Shown here: positions 34,045 through 43,000 of the stretch, piece by piece
Layout: each line of letters begins with the position of its first letter
Position numbering within the stretch: position 1 is the stretch's first letter
DNA from: a virus
IMG/VR virus record: IMGVR_UViG_3300005841_000001
Span: 37,658 to 101,657 of that record
DNA length: 64,000 bases
Strand: one strand, 5' to 3'
Position numbers and translations under genes: made by a program
Notes under the pieces: generated by a model
What the model was told of the DNA's origin: nothing
What the model saw: the letters and a program-made list of their open reading frames with translations, nothing else
Database searches by the model: none

Positions 34045-35353
34045 CCTGCCGGTCTACGACCCGGCCAATGTCACCATTCGGGAGGCCGCGCCGACGCCGG
34101 CGCCCGGTCCGAGGCGCGACGTCCTTGTGGCCATGTCCGAGCAGCAGGCCCAGCGCGCCGAGGACCAGATGCTCGGCGTGCTCAACGACTGGCTCGAGCG
34201 CTTCCAGGCGAAGGTCACTGCGACCTTGAACGGTCCACGCGCCCGCAGGGGCACGAAATGGTGGGCACCCTCCGGTGCGATCGAACACAAGCTCATGCCG
34301 GTGCACGTCGAGACGAAGACGCGCGCGCTGGACGCGCCCTACATCGTGCCCGAAAAGTTGGTGGACGAAGCCGCCACCGCGGTCCGCCCGGTTGCCCTGC
34401 GAATCGCCCTCGACGCCGGCGCGGACACCGCCGGCCGGCTCGGCATCCTGCCCGAGGACCGTCGCGGCGACGGCATGTTCGCCGTTGATCAGCTCGCCCT
34501 CGAGGATGCAGTGGACCAGGCCGTGAGCCGCATCCTGAGCACCATCGAGGCGCACGTGATCGAGGTTCGCAAGGAGATCCTCAAGGCCGATTCCTCTGCC
34601 GAATCGCTGGACGAAGTGCTCGACCTGATCGAGGCCGCGCACCAGCGCGGCGGAAACTGGATCCGCATGACCGGTCGAACACTGTCCAACGCCTTGCGCA
34701 ACGAGGCCGCCTTGCGCACCGCGCAGGCCCTCGGCGTCACGCACATGCAATGGCTGTCCCGGCGGGACGGCCGCGTCCGGTTGACCCACGTCCGGGCCGA
34801 TGGCCAGGTGCGCCGGATCGACGACGAGTTCGACGTGGGCGCCTGGCGGCTGCGTTTCCCCGGCGACCCGAAAGACCTCCCGGCCAGCTGGGCGGAGGTG
34901 GCGGGGTGCCGCTGCTCGCCGCTGTTCCGGGCCCCGGACGCCAAGGTGACCGAGGCCGTGCGGCTGCTCAACGACCAGGCGGCCGGCGGCGATCCCAAGG
35001 CTGTTCGCCGGCTGCTCGCGGCGGCTGCCTCTGCGCCCGAAGTGCCGGTGCCGGCCGACGCACCGCCGGCGCCGTGGGCCTCGCAGGTCGTGCTCGCTGA
35101 GCCGATCGTGGCCTACCGGGCGCTCGAATCTGTCATCGACGCCGTGCCCGGGCAGTGGCTCGCGTTCGCCGGTGCGCTGTCGCTCGGCCTGGCCGCGCCG
35201 GCGGCGTTCAGCGCCGCATCCCCGATGCTGGCCGTTGCGCTGCCCGCGGGCGCGATCGTGGTCGTGGTCGGTGGATCGGTGGTGCTTCCCGAGGGGACAG
35301 CGATCGAGGTGGTCGGCACGACGCCGGAGGCGACCCTGACCCGGTTGGCCTGA
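33998..35353 (+). CDS. MuF-like minor head protein with degenerate ADP-ribosyltransferase-like C-terminus
   Basis: WLSRRDGRVRLTH..ADGQ..F.VG..LRFPGDP..EVAGCRC MuF motif; GTG start after GGAGG. Confidence 0.85.
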   Translation: MSRAAREPYAPLSGDDLPVYDPANVTIREAAPTPAPGPRRDVLVAMSEQQAQRAEDQMLGVLNDWLERFQAKVTATLNGPRARRGTKWWAPSGAIEHKLMPVHVETKTRALDAPYIVPEKLVDEAATAVRPVALRIALDAGADTAGRLGILPEDRRGDGMFAVDQLALEDAVDQAVSRILSTIEAHVIEVRKEILKADSSAESLDEVLDLIEAAHQRGGNWIRMTGRTLSNALRNEAALRTAQALGVTHMQWLSRRDGRVRLTHVRADGQVRRIDDEFDVGAWRLRFPGDPKDLPASWAEVAGCRCSPLFRAPDAKVTEAVRLLNDQAAGGDPKAVRRLLAAAASAPEVPVPADAPPAPWASQVVLAEPIVAYRALESVIDAVPGQWLAFAGALSLGLAAPAAFSAASPMLAVALPAGAIVVVVGGSVVLPEGTAIEVVGTTPEATLTRLA

Positions 35354-35510
35354 AACGCCGACCGGCCCCGTCCATCTCGGGGGAGTGGACAGGGCCGGTC
35401 AGGCGTCAGTACAAAATCGAACGGCTGGACGCTACCGCAGCGCCCCCCATGGTCACAATCCCTCGCGCGCCTCCCCGGCCGCGGCGTTCCCGCCTGCGAC
35501 GATGTCGCCC

Positions 35511-36953
35511 ATGGCAGAAGAGCAGACCGGCGGCATGATCGCCCTCATCCCGCGCGCGCAGGATGCCGCCGCGCTGGTCGTTCCGGGCGGGGAAACCGCT
35601 GACGAGATGCACCTGACGTTGACCTTCCTCGGGGATGACATCAGCGGGTGGGACGCCGGCCAGATCGCGGCAGCCGCCGGCGCCGCCGGCTCGGCCGCGG
35701 CGCAGCTTGCCGCCATCACCGCACGCGTCATGGGGCATGCGGTGTTCAACCCCGACGGTCACGCCGATCGCGAGCCGTGTGCGGTGTACCTGGTCGGGGA
35801 CTCGAACGTTCTCGCGCCGCTGCGCAACGCGCTGGTGCCCTACGCCGACCACGAGCAGCATGAGCCGTACCTGCCGCACATCACCGCCGGCTTCGGCGTG
35901 CCGGTCGGCAAGCTGACCTTCACCGGCCCTGTCGTGTTCGATCGCGTGCGGGTGGCGATCGGTCCGCAGGTCCTGGACTTCCCACTCGGCGACGCGGAGG
36001 AGATCAAGCGGATCATGGCCGAATTCGAGACCGAGACCAAGGGCAATATGCCACCCCAGTTCGCGGCCAACGCGGCGAAGAAGAAGGGCGCCGGGAAGTC
36101 CGACGACAAGGGCGGTACCGACGATAAGGGCATCAACAACATCGGTGACCTCGCAGCCGCGGTGAAGCGATACAAGGCAGCCAAGCCCGAGGCGCAGGCC
36201 GAGCTGTGGCCGAAGCTGAGCGCGGCTGCGAAGAAGCTCAAGGCCACCAAGATGATCGCCGGTCTCGCGCCCAAGGGCGGCGCCGGGAAGTCCGACAACA
36301 GCGACGAAAAAGCCTTGTTCGAGGCTGTCGCGCTCGAGTTCAAAGTCACCAGCGAAGACCCTCGCGCGATCAAGATGCGCCGGTGGTGGGCGATGTCGGC
36401 CAAGGCGCGCGCGATGTGGAAGCCCGGCGTTCCGGGCGACTTCAAGCGTCTGGTGCGGGCGCTCAAGGAGCACACGAGCATGCCTACTCGGATGATCAAG
36501 GGCTTCGCCGCGAACGTGCATCACCTCGCTCTCGGCGCATGGCCAGGACGCGAAGGACGCAAGGAGGCTTTCGACTGGCTCGACATGATCGAAACCAAGG
36601 CCGCGCACGAAGGGGAAATGGTGGACGGTCGCGCATTGCTGGAGCAGTACAAGGCGATTCGGTCCCAGCTGGACGCGGCCATCGATGATGACGAGGACGG
36701 CGACACCGAGGCATCCGGTGACATCGCCGATGTGGGGGCGGGCGATGACGGAGTTTCGCCCGAAGAGGTCTATGACGAGGCGATGGACCTGGACATCGAC
36801 TGGGCGCTGGAGGGCGATGGCAGCTTGTCGGGCGGCCCGGACGAGGAGCTTGACTCTCCGAGTGAACCCGGAGAGAATAGCGAGGCCGACGAGGATGACG
36901 ACGCCGAGCTGGAGGAGCTCGAAAGCCTCTTCAACGCCGGCGCGTCCAGGTAG
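35511..36953 (+). CDS. 2H-phosphoesterase (LigT/Acb1-like) head-associated protein
   Basis: Two HxT motifs HLTL and HITA; later W.PGVPGDFKR..GFAANVH..GAWPG segment; acidic tail; start 35502 or 35511. Confidence 0.8.
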   Translation: MAEEQTGGMIALIPRAQDAAALVVPGGETADEMHLTLTFLGDDISGWDAGQIAAAAGAAGSAAAQLAAITARVMGHAVFNPDGHADREPCAVYLVGDSNVLAPLRNALVPYADHEQHEPYLPHITAGFGVPVGKLTFTGPVVFDRVRVAIGPQVLDFPLGDAEEIKRIMAEFETETKGNMPPQFAANAAKKKGAGKSDDKGGTDDKGINNIGDLAAAVKRYKAAKPEAQAELWPKLSAAAKKLKATKMIAGLAPKGGAGKSDNSDEKALFEAVALEFKVTSEDPRAIKMRRWWAMSAKARAMWKPGVPGDFKRLVRALKEHTSMPTRMIKGFAANVHHLALGAWPGREGRKEAFDWLDMIETKAAHEGEMVDGRALLEQYKAIRSQLDAAIDDDEDGDTEASGDIADVGAGDDGVSPEEVYDEAMDLDIDWALEGDGSLSGGPDEELDSPSEPGENSEADEDDDAELEELESLFNAGASR

Positions 36954-37012
36954 CGCCACCTTCGTTCGACCATACGATCAACGCCGCCAGGCAGCAGAGA
37001 GGGACGCCCGTC

Positions 37013-40000
37013 ATGACCGTGCCCGCAGGGCTGGAGTACAAGACCGCCGGCACGCTCACGCCGGAGATCCCGCCGGCGCTCGCGGGGCCGAAGCACGAGG
37101 GCATCGTCACCGCCATCGTCGCGGTTACCGGCGTCAAGGACGATGTCGACGACGTCATCATTCCCGGCGCGTTCAAGCGGACTCTTGCCGAGCGACGACC
37201 CAAGGTCTGCCTCGGACATGACTGGAATCGTCCCATCGGCAAGACCCTGGACATCAAGGAGCTGATGCCGGGCGACCCTGACCTGCCGAAGACCACGGGG
37301 GAGGGGCAGCCGTGGCCGGTCGAGGCCGGTGCCGTCATCGCGCGTTCGCAGTACAACATGGACACCGAGGACGGCCGGAAAGCCTTCCAGGATGCCATGT
37401 TCTACGGCGAGCAGGAGTGCTATCAGTCCATCGGGTACCGTGTCCCGCCGGAAGGTAAGAAGTTCAAGGGCGGCGTGCGCTATATCCATGACCTCGACCT
37501 CTTCGAGTACGGGCCTGTACTGCACCCGGCGAACCGGCTCGCCACGATCCAGTCCACGAAGGACGACGGCGGAGCTCGCGAGGACAACGCCGTCAAGCCA
37601 GCCGAGATCAAGGCGCGAAAGTACGTCAAGGATTCCGCGTACTGGGGCTTGCCCGTCGGAACTTTGATCACGCCCGGCATGAAGCCGCGCGGTCGGACTG
37701 CGCTCGCCGAACGACGAGCAGGCAAGACTCCCGACCGCAACGCCGGTGTTGCTACCGAGCCGCTCAAGCCTTCGCCCGCGACCGGGAAGCCGCGGTCGGT
37801 GCCGCACAAGCCCGAGAAGGCGAAGGAAGAGCGCGACTCGGCCGGCCTCTTCCCCGAGCCGGACGCGCCCGAGGGTGCACGGGTCAAGCCGTCCGACCCG
37901 CAGGGCCTCGACGCCGAGCACGTGCAGGATCTCGTCGAGAACGAAGCCGGCGAGCAGGACCACGTCGCGCGCGATCACGCGTTCAACGGCCTGATCGATG
38001 AGGGCATCACCCCGGCCGAGCTCGAAGAGGACTTGCGCGCCTCCGAGCACTGGCCTGACGAGATGCCCGAAGAGGACCGGCAGGCCCGGATCGACGACGT
38101 CGTCAACGACTATCGCCGGCAGTACCGCCGTGAAGCTGCGCGCCAGGCCAGCAACCCCGAACCGCGCGAGCAGCACCCCGATGACGACAACCTCGCCGTC
38201 GAGAAGGAAGAGGCCGAAGGAACCGCGAAGCCCGAACTCGAGCCGGATGCCAAGCGCGACATCACTACGCTGACGCCCGAGGAGCTCGACAAATACATGG
38301 AGGTGGCCCGAAAGGGTTCGCTGTCCAACGTCGGGGACAAGCAGCGTCGGTACCAGGACGTGTACGCCAAGGCGCAAGCGGAAAAGCTGCGCCGCGCTGA
38401 CGTCGAGCGCCGGTCCGTGCCTGCGCATCCGCTTGACCCCAAGGCGTACGCCGAAGCCACCCGCGCCGTCGAGGCGCGACGCGGCCGCGTCGCCGACGTG
38501 CAGCGACGCAACCAGGAAATCAGCAAGACCAACGCGCAGATTGACGCGTCCGAAGAGGTTGCGACGAACGCGCCCGAGACGATGAAGAAGCTTCCGGCTG
38601 GTGCCGGGAAGAAGGTGTCGAAGGCAGGCAACGGCCGAGTCGCTTTCCGTGGGAAGGGCACAGCGAACTGGGCCATCGTGTCCGCCGATGGCCGAGCCAT
38701 CGTGTCGCCGCTGAACTTCGAGAGTGAGGGACGCGGGAACGTCAAGCTGTCCGGCCCGCAGCTGGATGAACTTGCCGATCGGATCGTCGGCATCACCAAC
38801 TCGAAGGGCGACCGCGCACCGTTCACTGACCCCGACTCTGAGAAGTGGGTGCCCGGCTTCCGCGACTCCGATGGGCGCAGCCTCGAGCAAGCAGTGTCCA
38901 AAGTGGTCGCCGACTACGCGAACGAGCGCGGCCTGAAGTCGGGCACGCGCACGCGCATCGGTGCGGACTCCGTCCCATGGGGCCACAAACAGGGTGAACA
39001 CGGCGTGGTCAACGCCGAAGGGTTCCACCCGCAGGAGCGGATTCAAGACGTCGGTATCGGCGACCAGGTGAAGCTCCGCAACGGTGATGTCAAGACGATC
39101 GCGAAGAAGGAGGAAGCCACCGGCTCGCAGCGGGACCGCTACGGTGTCGACGTTTTCACGCTCACGTTCGACGACGGTACGACCGAGAAGTTCAGCACCG
39201 GCCAACGGTTCGACACCAAGTACAGCGACGAGAACAACCCCGACGCCGAAGGCCGACTCAACGACCCGGGCATGGGGTACACCAGCGACTCGAACCTGGG
39301 CAGCAAGCGGGACAAGCTGCGTCCGACGTTCAAGGGCGACGGCGACGTGCCCGCGGGGACCCGGTTCATCTACACCCCGGATCGCGCCGACGGCGACAAC
39401 CGCCCCCGTGTCGGCACCGTCACCGACCGCGTGATGAACGCCAACGGGCACGAATTTCAGGTCGTCGAGTACGACGATGGAACTTTCGATGGCGTCAACG
39501 TCTCGAAGCTCGCGGCCGACGGCAAGATCAAACTCAAGCCGACGCCCGAAGACGAGGCCGATGCCCGAGCGCAGTGGGGTGTCGGTGACGGTGCAACAGA
39601 AACCGGTTCCGACTTGGGAGAAGGCGAGTCGGACACCGAGGATGTTGGAGCGTCCGAGGGCGACGGCACGCCACCCGAGGGTGAGCCGGCCGACGACACC
39701 GCGCCCGAGGGCGATCAGCCACCCGCGGCCGATGACGACGAAGCCGCCCGGGTCGCCAAGCTCGGCGCCGAAGACAATCCTGACCGCACCCCGATCGCCG
39801 GCCTGGCGAACCAACTCACCGGCCAGGCGAAGCCGGACGTCTCCGACGTCAGCACCGAGGACCTGAACGCGCTGGACCAGGAGTTCGCCCGGCGCGCCGA
39901 CCTGCTCGGCAAGCCCGGCGCCGTCACCCGTGCACACCAGGCGGTCAAGGACGAACTGACCACTCGGACCGACACCGGTGCCGAACCGGCCCCAGAGCCG

Positions 40001-43000
40001 GACGGTGGGCTCGGCGCCGACGAAGCGGTGATCAGCCGCGCTGAAGTCGATGACGCCCAGCGCATCGCCGACGAAATCCTGGGTGTCACCGAGGGGCCCG
40101 ACGGCGAGCTGGAAGCCGACCCCGACGTAGCCGACCGGCAGGATCGCGTGGAAGCCCTGCTCGATCAGGCCGAATCCGGCGCACTCGACCTCGAGTCCGC
40201 CAGTGACGATGTCGTGACCGGACAGCGGCGGGACCTGGTCGAGGAGCTGCGGTTCCAGAACGCTGTCGCTCGGCGTGACAGCCGACAGCGGCAGATCACC
40301 CGGGCCGATGAAGGCGGCCGACAGCCCCGCGCCGAAGGCGACACTGAGCCGGATGCCGGCACGGAGGCGGAGGGCACCGGACCCGCGCCTGAGTCGAAGG
40401 CGCGTCCGGGCGTCGCCGGCGCGGCCGAGGACCTCGCCGATGCGCTCGATGACAACGACCAGCAGGCCGCCGCCGCCGCGGTCGCTCGGCTCGAGTCCTC
40501 GGTGCGTCGTTCCCGTTCCGATTCCGAGCACCTCGCTCCCCTGCGCGAAGCTCTCGCCGGCGACGGCGGGATCCAGGCCGCGCTCGACGCCGGCACGATC
40601 ACTCCCGCAACGCTGCGCGACTTCGCGAAGAACCTGCGCGACGAACGCCGGCAACAGGCCAACACTCGAGCCCGCGCCCGACGCACGGTCAAGCGGCTCG
40701 AGCGTGAGCGGTTGCGCGGCCTGATCGGCGCCTACGACACCGAGCTGCGCCGGCGCAACCTCGAGCCCGAGAACTTCGGCGGCCTGGTGCCTGCCATCGA
40801 CGAGGGCGCCGGCCGGCCCGAGGTGACCGGGGATGCCGACCTGCCGGAGGGCACTGAAGCCGGCGAGCTGGATGTCAGCAATGCTGAGACCGGCCCGAGC
40901 GGCGAGCGAGCCTCCCGGCTGGTCGCCGAGCCGTGGCGGGTCGTCAACTCGGACGATGCCGCGATGAACGGCGGCGACGCCACCTCGGCGGCCACCCGGA
41001 AGGCCGCCGCCGCCGCGTTCGCCGAGGTGGCCGACAAGTATGCGCCGGTCCTGCGAGAGGCCACGCCCGAGCAGCTCGCCGCCGCCGAGGCGAAGCTGGA
41101 CAAGCGGGGCGCCGACGTCCGCAGTGAAGCGATGGTGATCGCCCTGCTGCTGCCCCGCGGGACGCAGCGAGACGCCTTCATGGCCGACATGCGTACCGCA
41201 ATGGGCAACTACCAGACCAATCTCGCAGCCCTACAGGCTCGCGCCGACCGCGGCGAAGTCAGCCTCGACCCGGCGCCCGAGCTGGGTTCGATCGCGCCCG
41301 GGCGCGTCGGGTGGGGCGGCCGGCTCAATGCGCTGGCACCTCGCCAGCGAGCAGACCGGCCGGCCGGTACGCCGCCGTTCAGCACGGTCTCGCAGGTCAA
41401 GAGCAACCTCAAGTCGCTGACCGCGCCCGCCGGATCGAGCGACTTCGAGCAGAAGACGTTCACCGAGGGCCGTGACCAGTTGATTCGCGAGATCGACGCC
41501 GCCGGCAACGACGTCTTCCTCTCCCCTGGTGGTGGGCTGCTCGCTTTCCGGGCCACCACCCGCGACGGCAAGCGCTGGTTCTTGATCCATACCCAGAGCG
41601 GGCAGTCCATCCCGTCGCTGTTCAACTTCGACGGTCGACAGACCGCCCTCACTCCGGCCACCGGACGCGGTGTGGAAGCTCAACGCTACGACCTCGACGG
41701 GCCGGCCATGCGTCGACTGATGACCGCGTTCGAGACCATGCAGGATCCGCGCGGCCGGCAAGTCGACTTCACCGAGTCGGATCCGGATCGGTTCGCGCAG
41801 AACTTGGTCGGGTGGCGAGACTTCTCCGCTGACGGAACCGTGCGCCCGGCCTTTGTGGATGGACGCCCTCGCTACAACGATTCGATGGAAGGGGCCGCCA
41901 TTCTCGAGGCGGTCCGCGATGACATGCGCCGCTACGGCACCACCTCCGCAGTGCACCGTGCGACACAGATGGTGGCAGGCGGCACCGAGTACACCGGCGT
42001 CAACGGACGCAGCCCGCAGCAGTACCGGCAACTGATGAACGAGCAGTTTCCGTTCGCGTTGCAGGACTTTAACTACGGGCGCAAGCGAGTGCGCGGCATC
42101 GGCCCATCCGAAGACCGCACGCCGGGGGAGCTGAAGAGCGACAAGGACACCGCCGCCGCGATCGATCAGGCACGCGCACTGATCCAGACCGGTAACCCCG
42201 TCGAGGCAGTGTCGGTGTTACGTGCCCGCGCGGCTGAGCTCAAGGACACCGACGGCGAGCGCGGTGGTCGGTTCGGCTCGCAGCGGCTCGAGGGCCTGGC
42301 CAACCAGACCGCCGACCTGTTCTCGCCGGCGCAGTCCGATATGGACCGTCTGATCGGCGCGCAACAGAATGACGTCATCGCGGTGGCCAGCACCGACGAC
42401 GAGCCTCCGATGTTGTTCCGGCTCACCGTCGAACCGCGGCTCGTGCTCACCCGCAATGACGGCACCCGGCTTTACCAGGCCAGCGTCACCAGCGACCGCA
42501 TGGGTGACCAGGACGTCACCATCGACACCGCCGATCAGTACGGCGTGCGCATTGGCGATCGGTCCGCCACCCGCGAGCAGACCAACCTCGGTCAGTCCGG
42601 AATCAACCAGTGGGCGGTGTACCGCGCCGAGGAAGGGCAGGGCGCGCCGGTGGACAACACGCAGATCTTGCGCGATTCGAAGCGCACCCTGCGCGAGTTC
42701 GACCGGTCGGCCGGGTTCGGCGACGGTGAAGACGAGGGCGATCAGGGTGGTGGCGGGGGAGGGCCAGACCAGGGGCCCGACGGCGGCCCCGATGAGACCG
42801 GCGGTGAACGACCGGTGGCCGCCGAGGGAAAAGCGATCACCGTCGACCAGGCCAAGATCGGCGACCTGGTCGCCATCCCGTCCGGACAGGATGAGCCGCC
42901 GTTCGTCGGGCACGTCATGGGCAAGAACGTCCTCGAGGACACCCGGGCGCTGCTCGTGCTGGGCCCGCAGGGCGATGTCCGCACCTACCCGCTGGACGCC

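Noticed and set aside
36770-40654. 1294-aa minus-strand ORF (and similar mirrors at 35406-36959, 46296-47651, 50260-52089, 27712-29349)
   Set aside because: Antisense to recognisable genes, with no motifs of their own.
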